Assembly (NCBI GenBank): GCA_964641245.1
Contig: CAZXML010000001.1
Location: 229,460 to 293,459, forward strand
Direction: 5' to 3'
From: an uncultured Gammaproteobacteria bacterium
GTDB taxonomy: Bacteria > Patescibacteriota > Patescibacteriia > Magasanikbacterales > GWA2-37-8
Length of the DNA: 64,000 nt
Shown here: in pieces, positions 54,781-64,000 of the stretch
How positions within the stretch are numbered: the stretch's first letter is position 1
Layout: every line of letters starts with the position of its first letter
The notes under the pieces: model-generated
Databases searched by the model: none
Told to the model about the DNA's origin: nothing
The model's input: the letters and a program-made list of their open reading frames with translations, nothing else
Made by a program: the position numbers and the translations under genes

Positions 54781-55899
54781 TTAGGGATTGATGGTGGATG
54801 GCATTTCGGTCGGATAAGCGCTTGATTCGGTAACCGGCGGTATTATTTCCGGCGGAGTGAAACCGGCAGACCGGAAACTTCTGGCCATCATTACCATTAC
54901 GGACCGGAAATTAACCACGTTGGAATCGGTGGTGTGATAAACCATTACATACACATGGGCATCATCCGTAAAATAATAAGCTAAATTGTCCGCCCTATTT
55001 TGGCCGGATTCTGTAAATCTTGTTTGGAAATTTACTAAATTCTGATACTGCTCGTTGGGCGCCCACTGCGCAAACCAGTCGGAAAATGTTTGGCCGGGTA
55101 CGCGGTCAAAAACCCGCACTTCGATATTTTCACCGGTAATGGTGCTAAATAAAACATCGCGCCCACTTTCGTCTACATTGCCGATGGCCCAATTTAACGG
55201 ATAATAAACTTTATAGCCAAAAACCGGATTAATATAATCATTCATGAATCCGGAATCAATCAATTTCATTGGCTCTTTGCCGGCCGGATTATACAAGTAA
55301 AAAACTTCATGGCCGTCATTATAACCGTCTTCGTCCGTATCCGGCTTGCTTGGGTCCGTGCCAAATAATTCTTCGGCGGTGTCGGTTAAATTGTCTTTAT
55401 CCAAATCCGGACTTTCTCCCAATAGGGCGGATGGGAATTCAATTGGCGCTTCGGCTAAGGACGGCGCGGTGGTGGTTGGCGCGGGTTCCTGTACAACCGG
55501 GGTTTCCACAACCGGCTCCGTAACAACAGGCGGAGTTACCACAACTTTAGGCGCTACCGGCAAAGCTCCGGTTGGCTGTTGTCTTAATTGCAAATAATAA
55601 TAAACACTTACTCCGGCCACCAGAACCACAAAAAGCGATGACCCTAAAATTATAGCGTATTTTTTATTGGTAAGGATATTCGCCGGATGCAAAACAGACC
55701 CACTCCCCGCGGCCGTGCTTTTGTCCAGCATTTTCTTTTCCGGCGCGGTCAGTTTTGGTGTTGCTTTTAACACCACTTCTTTTTCCACTCTTTTAAACTT
55801 TATTTCCGGATTTACGCCGCCATAAAAATCCGCGGGGATTGTTTGCACGCTTATGCTTTTATCAATTTCGGTTTTTACGTCTGCTTTTTTTCCAAACAT
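54781..55899 (-). CDS. Membrane-anchored protein with a TSP3-like acidic Ca-binding repeat and a C-terminal beta-rich domain.
   Basis: Central TM helix, Pro/Thr/Val-rich linker, DLDKDNLTD...DPSKPDTDEDGYNDGHE motifs. Confidence 0.55.
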   Translation of the reverse strand: MFGKKADVKTEIDKSISVQTIPADFYGGVNPEIKFKRVEKEVVLKATPKLTAPEKKMLDKSTAAGSGSVLHPANILTNKKYAIILGSSLFVVLVAGVSVYYYLQLRQQPTGALPVAPKVVVTPPVVTEPVVETPVVQEPAPTTTAPSLAEAPIEFPSALLGESPDLDKDNLTDTAEELFGTDPSKPDTDEDGYNDGHEVFYLYNPAGKEPMKLIDSGFMNDYINPVFGYKVYYPLNWAIGNVDESGRDVLFSTITGENIEVRVFDRVPGQTFSDWFAQWAPNEQYQNLVNFQTRFTESGQNRADNLAYYFTDDAHVYVMVYHTTDSNVVNFRSVMVMMARSFRSAGFTPPEIIPPVTESSAYPTEMPSTINP

Positions 55900-55953
55900 A
55901 TAAAATGATGAATGATGCTAATGCGCTGTGGCGCCACGAATCTTGCGAATTGA

Positions 55954-56718
55954 TTAAGGCGACGTGGTGGGCGTGGTGGAAGGAGTGCTAAAAAGCTTAC
56001 CAGCCCCAAGCGGATTATAACCATTTTTAACTTCGGTTCCATCCGGATAGGTATCCCCGTCTGAATCCGGGTTTAACGGATTAGTGCGCCAAATAAGCAC
56101 TTCGTCGCCGTCGCTTAAGCCGTCGCCGTCCGTGTCCGCTTTTAACGGATCGGTTTTATAAACAATCACTTCGTCGCCGTCGCTTAAGCTGTCACTGTCG
56201 CTGTCGGCAAGTTGCGGATTGGCGCCAATTTCTTTTTCCCGCACATCGTCTAAACCGTCTTTATCGCTATCCACAGCCTGACCGAATAATATTTGATCAT
56301 TATTTTGTTGGGCAGGAACGTTGGTATTTGCCGGAGCGGTAGTTTGCGAAGTTTGATTTTGCACGGTTTGATTATCCGGTACTACGGGTAATTTAACAAT
56401 CTGATTTTTACTGGCGTAAAAATACCACCAACCACCATAACCAAGACCGCCCAATAATAAAACAATAACGAGTCCCAGTAATATTTTCCCCAAAACAGGC
56501 GCGCTGGTTTTGTATAGCTCGCCGCCTGCTGATGAATTTGACTGTAAATTAGGCATAGTTCTGACATCGTCTTTTTTCTTTAATAATCCAACGGCCAGAG
56601 CATCGGGCGCGGACGGCGGCATTGCTCCCTCGTTTTTTTCTACACCCGCAAACATATCTACCGGTTCGGTTGGTAGATTTTTTGGCGCATTTGGATTTTG
56701 ATTTTGGTCATCGAACAT
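55954..56718 (-). CDS. Membrane-anchored TSP3-like repeat protein.
   Basis: TM helix (ILLGLVIVLLLGGLGYGGWWYFY), then four DxDxDG-type repeats (DSDKDGLDD, DSDSDSLSDGDE, DTDGDGLSDGDE, DSDGDTYPDGTE). Confidence 0.6.
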   Translation of the reverse strand: MFDDQNQNPNAPKNLPTEPVDMFAGVEKNEGAMPPSAPDALAVGLLKKKDDVRTMPNLQSNSSAGGELYKTSAPVLGKILLGLVIVLLLGGLGYGGWWYFYASKNQIVKLPVVPDNQTVQNQTSQTTAPANTNVPAQQNNDQILFGQAVDSDKDGLDDVREKEIGANPQLADSDSDSLSDGDEVIVYKTDPLKADTDGDGLSDGDEVLIWRTNPLNPDSDGDTYPDGTEVKNGYNPLGAGKLFSTPSTTPTTSP

Positions 56719-56758
56719 ACTTTTTTAGAAATTAGAAATTAGAAATTAGAAATTTATG

Positions 56759-57136
56759 TCACTTTGCTTTATCAAGCGGATTTGTTCCGCGGCGAACCTC
56801 GTAACCATCGGCTTTACCATCGCCATCGGTGTCTGCTTTAAGCGGATTCGTTTTAAAAACAAATACTTCCTGACTATCTATTAAACCATCCTCATCGGTA
56901 TCGGCAGATGTAACGCTGGTTTGATATTTTGCTTCTTCGCTATCCGGTATGCCATCCAAGTCCTTGTCTGTAGCCGTTAATTTTTTTAAAGCGACATTAA
57001 ATTCTTGTTCTCTGACTGAAGTACTTGGCGCTACCGGCGCCATTGATTTTTTAATTATAACTCTATAAACCAAAACACCCGCTCCCGTCAGAGCGACAAT
57101 GATGAAAAAAAATATTATTTTTTTACTTGTTGACAT
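56759..57136 (-). CDS. Small membrane-anchored TSP3-like repeat protein.
   Basis: N-terminal TM, then DKDLDGIPDSEE, DTDEDGLIDSQE and DTDGDGKADGYE. Confidence 0.6.
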   Translation of the reverse strand: MSTSKKIIFFFIIVALTGAGVLVYRVIIKKSMAPVAPSTSVREQEFNVALKKLTATDKDLDGIPDSEEAKYQTSVTSADTDEDGLIDSQEVFVFKTNPLKADTDGDGKADGYEVRRGTNPLDKAK

Positions 57137-57142
57137 ACTTAA

Positions 57143-60100
57143 TTAAATTTCACGGTTCGGAACGGCTTCTACTTCATTAGAAGCCGCACTCTCGCCGTTG
57201 GCATTTACCGCTGTCACTTTATAACGGTACCTGGTCCCGTTAGTCAGCCCCGTGTTATTGAACGAGGTAGAACTGCCGTTTAGAGTCGTGTAAACAAGGC
57301 TGTAGAAGTCAAAAAACAAATATGTCTTTCTATATACTTTATAACTAGTTATGGCCGAACCGCCATTGCTGGCCGGCGCATTCCAGGCCATTTGAACACT
57401 TCCACTACCAACACCGGTTACCACCAAATTCTGTGGAGCGGAGAGAGCGGGAGTTAAAGTTACATATTGAAAATGCTCTGGGTCAGTAATGATTGCGTTT
57501 ACATCTATTATATCATGCAAAGATAAGGTGGTTGCCGGTTTATTGATATTAAAGACCTGCCAATAGCGGGCGTTTTGGTTATCCGAAGGAGACGCGGATT
57601 GGAAAAAATACGTTTTTGCCGGCGTACCAAAATGATACGGATTTGTGTCGGTGTCCGGTAAATATATCTCTACTTTTAATTTAACCGTGTTTTTAAAGGT
57701 TCTAATTGGATAACTGGGCGAGCGCACATAAAACGCATAGGTGTTGCCAGACATCGCAGACGTATCAATTGTAAATGCTTCAGAATCAGTTTGGCCGGGA
57801 GTGGCTGTAAAACCGTGATACCAAATTCCATACGCTTCTGAATTGGGCGTGCTGTAATAGTTTATACCGGTGGCGTAATTCTTTTGCGAAGCCTCGCATA
57901 CATTCAGGTAACAATATGACGGCCCTTCTATTTCGGGATTAACAATAAACGGATTCAAAACACCGCTATAAAAATCTCCGGAACCTACCCAGCTGGTAAC
58001 AATCCGTAAATCATGGGCGCGCAAAGTGCTGGAAATCACCGGCGATAATACCAAGTCATACTGCCAAGGTTGTGGTTCGGCTACCACTCGAAAATTTAAT
58101 GGCCGAGCCCAATCATAATTAACATACATTTGATACTTTTTTTCCGGATTAGCATCCGCTGAACAGATTGGGTCGCTGGCGATTATAGCTTTCATATAGT
58201 CGAACGTTACATCACGAGATCCTAAATTATCAGGTTTGCGTAGGGTGTAAGACATAAAATCCATGGAGGTGTCATTTTTTATATCTAAGCCCACAAGCGA
58301 TGCAAAAGTGTTGCTGCCAATCGCCAAACCAAGTGAGCCACCACCTGTTATTTTCTTGGCAAAAAGCGGATCTGGAGTAAGGCCTGTTCCGGAGAAACTG
58401 TCCCATAAGGCATTCTCCAAAACATTAACCACATTCCCATGCACTTCTACTCCATCAGAAACTACTCCGCATGTCACGCAATTTCTAACTACACCCACCG
58501 AACAATCCGCGCAGCTCTTAGCGCCTTTTTTTATAGTGCGCGGATCTTTTGACTCGGCCGAGCAGGCCAATTCTTGATAACCGTTACGGCCAGGGGTTTT
58601 TAAAACTTCTGTTCTGCCGGTAGTAGACGCGGATGAGAAAATATTTTCTTCAAACACCTCGCATTTTTCCGGACTTTGAATAACACCATCGCCACAATAC
58701 TGGCCGGGTTGAACATCGATTGTGTTTTGGCAATCAGAAGAACAATAAGAACAAGGTTTGCCATAAGCGGGAGTGCAAACGTGGCCATTATTGACCAGTC
58801 CTTGGTCGCACGTTTCACCGGCATCTACTATATTATTACCACAACTGCCGACAGGTAGAACGGGTGTTAGTGTGCTGGTGGCGGCGCAAAACCAACCACT
58901 TTGATAATTATTTTGCACTTCCGAGGCCGACAAGGCGCGATTGTAGATTTTAACTTCGTCTAAACTGCCAAAGAAGTAATTACCACTGCCAACTGGAGCA
59001 GATTTACCAATGACTAAATCCCCTGTGCCTACTGCCATTATGGCCGTATCACTACTGACAGTATTTGTATTTTCTAAAACGCCATTAACATAAATCTTAG
59101 TAATATGGCTGTTACCATTTCTTGAATATGTACCCACCACATGCGTCCAAGTATTGGTGGCGATACTGCTGTTTGAATCAACTACTGCAGTTTGTAAATT
59201 ATTATTCCACAAGTTAAAACGGATATTATGCAGGGTAGTAGAGGCATTAAATTCTAAATCGTAACTCCTAAACCCAAACGGCCCTTCCTTTTCCACAATT
59301 CTCTGATAAGGATAAAGAGCACGCTCATCTTCAGTAGGATAAATCCACGCTTCTACCGTTAATGAGCTGGTGGCTACCAAACTAAAACTAGGACTGCTTT
59401 TCGCAATTAAATATCGCCGACCAAAAGACGAACCAAACTCAAAGCCATGACCATATTTACCCGTGCCCACCACCGGACAAGCGCGGGCTTTGTTGTCGCA
59501 AATGGCATTATTGCCATTAACCGAACTGTCGTCTGTTCTATATACGCCGACCAGATCATTTTCAAACCGCCACCAAGCCACCGCGTCTCTGTCTTTTTTT
59601 AAACAATTACTGCCACAAACTTTTGTACCCGGATTTCCATCTACCGAACAAGTTTGCGAACCGTCGCATGTTTCTCCATACTGGGTTTGGATAATACTGT
59701 CACCACAATACGGTCCCCAGTTTTGGCAATCCCAACTGCAGGAATTATTTCTGGAAATTAAACTATATTTTTCCACTCCAGGCGTGACTGGATCGCAAAC
59801 TTCATAAGCCTCTTGCAAGTGACCGTCTCCACATCTGCCCGGTGTAGGACTATCGACCGGACCTGTACAGCTAATATTGCAATGATTATATTTCCCATTT
59901 AAAAAAGTTCCATCGTCACAAGTTTCACCGGCCTCCAATGCGCCATTTCCACAATGACTAAACTTGCTACACAAAGTGGTAGACGGCGGGCCCCACTTAC
60001 AACTACTATTACAAACTTTTAAATTTTTAAGAGGTGGCACCGCGCTACTGCATCCGGCCTCGTATTCTATTCTGCCGGGCGGATCGCACTGTTCGCCTTT

Positions 60101-60712
60101 ATTTAAATTTAATTTCCCGTCTCCGCAAACACCGGATTCCATTGTGGAAATTTCCTCATTATAATTACAGACACCGCTACTGTCGCTGATTTTAAAAATG
60201 GTGGTGCTAATAAAACTGGCCACAAAACTTTCGTCATTTGCCGGTGAAATTCCGTCATCTTCAAATTTGGCGCGCACAGTATAAACTCCGGGCGTGGTGG
60301 AAACTATATACCGGTAGGCGTAAGAATCTTTGGAGCAGGCAAAACTGAAGCGTCTATTCGCAACGCTCCAGCCGGTTTCCGGACTGTGCAGAACGCAGGT
60401 TTCATTAGCCGCGGTATCCGGCGGTTTGCAATCATTATCACTTAAACAAAACCGATTAGTGCTAATAACGCAGGTACCCGCCGGGGACAGTTGATTTATC
60501 GGGTCGGTAGGGAAAGCGACACCCGCGGCATTCCCTAATAATGACCATGATGGCCAGACACTTAAAGTCTGTCCGGTTAAATAGGTTCCTTCTTTTAGGG
60601 TGGGAGCGGTGGCGGCTACAACTTTTTGGTATACAAAAAAACTAAGTGTCGCCACCATTACCAAAGAAAGAAAAATTAATTTTTTTGTTTTCATACAACT
60701 ATTATACCACAA
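57143..60712 (-). CDS. Giant secreted surface protein with Myxococcus-type Cys-rich repeats, a LamG/ConA-like domain and a C-terminal FN3 domain.
   Basis: Signal peptide; at least six CxxCGDG/CGNG...GE.CD repeats (for example CGDGKLNLNKGEQCDPPG, CGNGALEAGETCDDGTF); LamG signature LDEVKIYNRALSASEV; FN3 region (PQNLVVTGVGSGSVQMAWNAP...YRYKVTAVNANGES). Confidence 0.75.
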   Translation of the reverse strand: MWYNSCMKTKKLIFLSLVMVATLSFFVYQKVVAATAPTLKEGTYLTGQTLSVWPSWSLLGNAAGVAFPTDPINQLSPAGTCVISTNRFCLSDNDCKPPDTAANETCVLHSPETGWSVANRRFSFACSKDSYAYRYIVSTTPGVYTVRAKFEDDGISPANDESFVASFISTTIFKISDSSGVCNYNEEISTMESGVCGDGKLNLNKGEQCDPPGRIEYEAGCSSAVPPLKNLKVCNSSCKWGPPSTTLCSKFSHCGNGALEAGETCDDGTFLNGKYNHCNISCTGPVDSPTPGRCGDGHLQEAYEVCDPVTPGVEKYSLISRNNSCSWDCQNWGPYCGDSIIQTQYGETCDGSQTCSVDGNPGTKVCGSNCLKKDRDAVAWWRFENDLVGVYRTDDSSVNGNNAICDNKARACPVVGTGKYGHGFEFGSSFGRRYLIAKSSPSFSLVATSSLTVEAWIYPTEDERALYPYQRIVEKEGPFGFRSYDLEFNASTTLHNIRFNLWNNNLQTAVVDSNSSIATNTWTHVVGTYSRNGNSHITKIYVNGVLENTNTVSSDTAIMAVGTGDLVIGKSAPVGSGNYFFGSLDEVKIYNRALSASEVQNNYQSGWFCAATSTLTPVLPVGSCGNNIVDAGETCDQGLVNNGHVCTPAYGKPCSYCSSDCQNTIDVQPGQYCGDGVIQSPEKCEVFEENIFSSASTTGRTEVLKTPGRNGYQELACSAESKDPRTIKKGAKSCADCSVGVVRNCVTCGVVSDGVEVHGNVVNVLENALWDSFSGTGLTPDPLFAKKITGGGSLGLAIGSNTFASLVGLDIKNDTSMDFMSYTLRKPDNLGSRDVTFDYMKAIIASDPICSADANPEKKYQMYVNYDWARPLNFRVVAEPQPWQYDLVLSPVISSTLRAHDLRIVTSWVGSGDFYSGVLNPFIVNPEIEGPSYCYLNVCEASQKNYATGINYYSTPNSEAYGIWYHGFTATPGQTDSEAFTIDTSAMSGNTYAFYVRSPSYPIRTFKNTVKLKVEIYLPDTDTNPYHFGTPAKTYFFQSASPSDNQNARYWQVFNINKPATTLSLHDIIDVNAIITDPEHFQYVTLTPALSAPQNLVVTGVGSGSVQMAWNAPASNGGSAITSYKVYRKTYLFFDFYSLVYTTLNGSSTSFNNTGLTNGTRYRYKVTAVNANGESAASNEVEAVPNREI

Positions 60713-60720
60713 AGTATTAC

Positions 60721-60845
60721 ATTGTCATCCCGAGCGAGTGGTTGTCATCCTGAATGTAATGAAGGATCTCTGTCTCAATCGCCGAACGGACAGAGATTCT
60801 TCGCTTCACTCAGAATGACAAGTGGTGTGCGGTCAGAATGACAAA
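60721..60845. repeat. Composite family A element with nested partial ends.
   Basis: ttgtcatcccgagcgagtgg is followed by ttgtcatcctgaatgtaatgaaggatctctgtctcaatcgccgaacggacagagattcttcgcttcactcagaatgacaa, then gtggtgtgcggtcagaatgacaa. Confidence 0.85.
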
Positions 60846-60866
60846 CAATAAAACAGAACGGCAGGT

Positions 60867-63800
60867 CTAATACCCGAGCAAATTTTGAATAATATTCAAA
60901 TCACGAAGTCTTCGGTAGTTTCTCTTCAACTTATCTATCTGAACAGAGCAAACTTCGGCGCTGGAACAATCTAAGTCTGTTTGACAGGTGGTGGATGCGC
61001 CGGGGTTGGCCATATCCGCTCCGCAATAACCGTAATTGGTTAAATTGGTGTTAAAGCGCAGGTTGCCGATAATTTGTTCAAATACTTTTTTGGTACTGGC
61101 TTGGGCGTTGGCGTTTATGCTGAATAAATAAATATTGGAATAAAGATTGCCGGCAACAGGCGGAACAGCGGTGGAAAAATTAATATTGAGAGCATCCACA
61201 TAAATATTATTGCCGTCTGTAAGCGCGTCGTATCCGTCTATTTTTGTGGTTTGCATTGCGCCTAGGAATCCCTGCCCGCCCAAAGCGCGATCGGTGGCAA
61301 ACCATTGCGATACGGTTAGGTGCATGGGGTTGGAGAAAACAGCCATACCGATAGCGTCGTTATTGGTGGCGCTGGTGAAAATAAATCGTTTTAAACTTGT
61401 GGTTGGAGTATCACCAACAATGGCGCCGGAAACCTGAACGGCCGGACGCAAATACGGTAAATCATCGGCTGTGCCAAAACCGCCGGCGTCCGCGCAATAA
61501 TAAGACCGGAAATTAAAGTAGCCGCCGCTTGGGGAAGGCGGTATAGAAGTGTTATCAAAAGCTCCGGCGGCTAAATTAAAGCCATCATTGTTTCCAACTT
61601 TATCTTCATAAGGAAAAATAATATAAGGACCAAGACCACCTAAAAATAAATCCTTTGGCGGCCAAGGGTTTTCACATAAAAATACAATGGCATGAGATTT
61701 ACCGGTGGCCACGGCGCCGAATTGGCCGGAATAAATATTATCGGTAATGACAGCCGAAGCGCGCACATCAATTTCACCATTGCGGTTTTGGGCGGAGATT
61801 GTATTTTTGGAAGAAGTGCTAATTTCCAAATTGACATAAGGGTTGCCGGCCGGTTGCCATAAATATTTCCAATCGTAATAACCCGGTATCGGTTGAACTT
61901 GCGCGTTATTAACATTATAAGCGTGAGCAATTAAAGTGCTGGTGGCGCCAACTTTGTTTAAATAAACTTGGGTCGGCTCTACGGCCACATGATCTATTTC
62001 ACACATTTTTGATCCGGTAATAAATTTCCAGCTGAACGGTTTACCGTTTGATTTTTTACCGATACTAATCCCCTGCTTACTGCGCAAACCGTCTTTTAAG
62101 GCCACAAAATAATCCGTGTCAAAAGCAAGCGGTTTGCTTAATTTAAAAGTAATTTTGCTTAAGGTACTGCTGGTGGTAATGATATCCGCCTGTCCCAAAT
62201 CTTCTCCGGCGCACCATTTTGCCGATTGAATTTCGGTACGCACCGCGGCCGCATTCTGGCCGATTAAATTTTTGAAGAAATCAACCACGGCCACAATTAT
62301 TTTTTTGTACCACGGTAAGTTATTATAATCGGAACCGGAAACAGCGGAAACTAAATCGGTAACTTCTTCGGTGCCGGTACAACTGGAAGTAGCGCCAATA
62401 CCGCGCGCCACAACCAAATTATTATTTAAACTGGAAAGACTGATCTCCTGATCAAAAGTGGCTTCGATGCTTGTGTTTGGACAAACATTTGATTGATTGG
62501 TGCTGGTATTGCCCGGGTAAACGCTTAATAATTTTGGCCGGACATAACAACAACCGTTGGTTGCTACTCCCCAATCACTACCCATATGCGCCTGACATTC
62601 GGCATCAGTTTTATATCCGCAGGCAATAGTAAATTGGCCCTTATCGCCCACTGCTCCGCCCACGGTTGACGAGGTGGTGTTGGCGCTGATATCTGTTTTC
62701 TGGGCCGGTGGAACTCCGGTGGCTACTCCTAAACCAACACCGGTCACCAAAGCCCACGGATTATTTCCCGAGTGTGAGTCGGGTAAAAGTGTTTCACAGA
62801 ATGCGTCCTCACCAATTCCGGCTACGCCGTCTCCGCATAATGACGGCGGTGTATATAGAAGCGAGGAACCTAAATTCTGACGGTTTACATCACAACCATC
62901 GGCACCGGCCACACATTCTGAATGAGTGCTGGTATTAATCAAACAAAAATCATTACACCAATCCGCTTTTAATCCACCACCTAAATCACAACCAACATCT
63001 TCATCCAAACTGACTTCTCCGTCTCCGCAACGGCTGATGGCGTTTCTACACGCGGAATTAAAATCAGCCTGAACAAAACCGCCGTAAGGAGCGGCATCAT
63101 TATCGGAACACCATTTAGCGGATAATTTTGTGCCTTTATGCAGACAAGTTTCCGAACAGCGCAAGGCTGAATTTGAAATTGTTGATGAGGAAGAAATTCC
63201 CGTGTCACAATCTTCACCGCTGCCAACGGAACCGTTACCGCAAATAGAGGCGCCGGTGGCGGTTGCGCCCGTAGAACGCGATGAACCGGTATGTAAACAA
63301 TTACTACCGCAACCAACTGCCGAAGTAATAAGTCCGGGGTCGCAGGTTTCTCCCAAGTCGGGCTCAATTATTCCGTTACCGCAAGTAGTTGTATTTGTGT
63401 TTCCCAAACGGCGGCAATCCAAACTGCAACCAGATAGTTTGTTTGGCGTATCGCAATCTTCACCGGCTTCTATTTTATTATTGCCACAAACCGGCACACC
63501 CACGGTAAAGCTGGCCGGAATCGTACTGCCCTTTCGCACACAACCCAAGGTGCAATAAGGATTATTTCCTACGGTGCTAAATGTTTTTACATCGGCCACT
63601 AATGGCGAGGAAGAATCCCAGTTCCAGCTTACGGTCCACGGATTTAATTTTTGGCCTTGAGCGCTACAGGTATCCGGTGAAGAATAAGGCTGGGCGCTAA
63701 ATAATTCTTTGTCGTTGATAAATTCGGCAAAATAATTTTGCGGAACAACATCTACCCGGCTAATTTTACATTTTTCTTTTTTAGTTTTGAAACGCCAGGT

Positions 63801-64000
63801 GAATTGTTTGTTGTAAGGTTTGGAATGAGTGGAGGGGTCTCCTAATACGGCCGCAGACCACAATAATTCCGGCGAACTTACATCGGTAGTGGTAACAGAT
63901 AATATCACTTGATAAATTGTATCCGGCTGTAATTCTACCGAAGCGCCGTTGGAATTGGCAATTTTTAAAATTCTAAAATCGGAACCGTCATCTAAAAATA
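60867..64000 (-). CDS. Second giant Cys-rich repeat surface protein; the 5' end probably lies beyond the window.
   Basis: More than 1013 aa with repeated CGNG/CGDG...GE.CD modules (CGNNKIEAGEDCDTP, CGNGIIEPDLGETCDPG, CGDGEVSLDEDVGCD). No signal peptide follows the first in-window Met, and the reading frame stays open to the window edge. Confidence 0.7.
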   Translation of the reverse strand, partial: FLDDGSDFRILKIANSNGASVELQPDTIYQVILSVTTTDVSSPELLWSAAVLGDPSTHSKPYNKQFTWRFKTKKEKCKISRVDVVPQNYFAEFINDKELFSAQPYSSPDTCSAQGQKLNPWTVSWNWDSSSPLVADVKTFSTVGNNPYCTLGCVRKGSTIPASFTVGVPVCGNNKIEAGEDCDTPNKLSGCSLDCRRLGNTNTTTCGNGIIEPDLGETCDPGLITSAVGCGSNCLHTGSSRSTGATATGASICGNGSVGSGEDCDTGISSSSTISNSALRCSETCLHKGTKLSAKWCSDNDAAPYGGFVQADFNSACRNAISRCGDGEVSLDEDVGCDLGGGLKADWCNDFCLINTSTHSECVAGADGCDVNRQNLGSSLLYTPPSLCGDGVAGIGEDAFCETLLPDSHSGNNPWALVTGVGLGVATGVPPAQKTDISANTTSSTVGGAVGDKGQFTIACGYKTDAECQAHMGSDWGVATNGCCYVRPKLLSVYPGNTSTNQSNVCPNTSIEATFDQEISLSSLNNNLVVARGIGATSSCTGTEEVTDLVSAVSGSDYNNLPWYKKIIVAVVDFFKNLIGQNAAAVRTEIQSAKWCAGEDLGQADIITTSSTLSKITFKLSKPLAFDTDYFVALKDGLRSKQGISIGKKSNGKPFSWKFITGSKMCEIDHVAVEPTQVYLNKVGATSTLIAHAYNVNNAQVQPIPGYYDWKYLWQPAGNPYVNLEISTSSKNTISAQNRNGEIDVRASAVITDNIYSGQFGAVATGKSHAIVFLCENPWPPKDLFLGGLGPYIIFPYEDKVGNNDGFNLAAGAFDNTSIPPSPSGGYFNFRSYYCADAGGFGTADDLPYLRPAVQVSGAIVGDTPTTSLKRFIFTSATNNDAIGMAVFSNPMHLTVSQWFATDRALGGQGFLGAMQTTKIDGYDALTDGNNIYVDALNINFSTAVPPVAGNLYSNIYLFSINANAQASTKKVFEQIIGNLRFNTNLTNYGYCGADMANPGASTTCQTDLDCSSAEVCSVQIDKLKRNYRRLRDLNIIQNLLGY

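Noticed and set aside
11423-60845. Possibility that the recurring repeats form a CRISPR array.
   Set aside because: The copies are palindromic, irregularly spaced (kilobases apart), heterogeneous in family, and not separated by uniform-length spacers. No cas genes other than a lone Cas4-like nuclease are present.

Overview
AT-rich (~40-45% GC), gene-dense bacterial window, mostly minus-strand housekeeping genes. They include a division cluster (ybeY-dgkA-ftsA-ftsZ-nrdR, ftsE/ftsX, an FtsB-like gene and a Mur ligase), secD/secF, ligA, cysS, dnaX, folD, glyA, pyk, metK, partial ppsA, and a type IV pilus module (prepilin peptidase, pilin, REC, pilM). There are also glycosyltransferases, an Elp3 homologue, four tRNAs (Gln-CTG, Gln-TTG, Thr-CGT, Gly-CCC), one IS481-family insertion sequence and a GC-rich (~58%) foreign islet. 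The gene content and style are consistent with a streamlined CPR/Patescibacteria-like lineage (inference only). The main sequence-level signal is a very high density of short palindromic MITE-like repeats, about 20 copies in several subfamilies, most sharing TGTCAT...ATGACA termini. Several copies are inserted in-frame inside conserved genes (ligA Zn-finger, pilM, Mur ligase, elp3), or donate start/stop-proximal codons, much like Rickettsia palindromic elements. Other candidates are a VirB4/VirD4-superfamily ATPase exactly bracketed by direct copies of one repeat subfamily, with an N-terminal-domain-only paralogue elsewhere, and a Cas4-like nuclease plus DUF45 metallopeptidase cassette bracketed by repeats. 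Further candidates are an IS481 outward promoter feeding an orphan MqsA-like regulator next to an MqsA-operator-like palindrome, a bacterial translin homologue, and a cluster of giant Cys-repeat/LamG/FN3 surface proteins with TSP3-repeat proteins. No CRISPR array or rRNA gene was seen.
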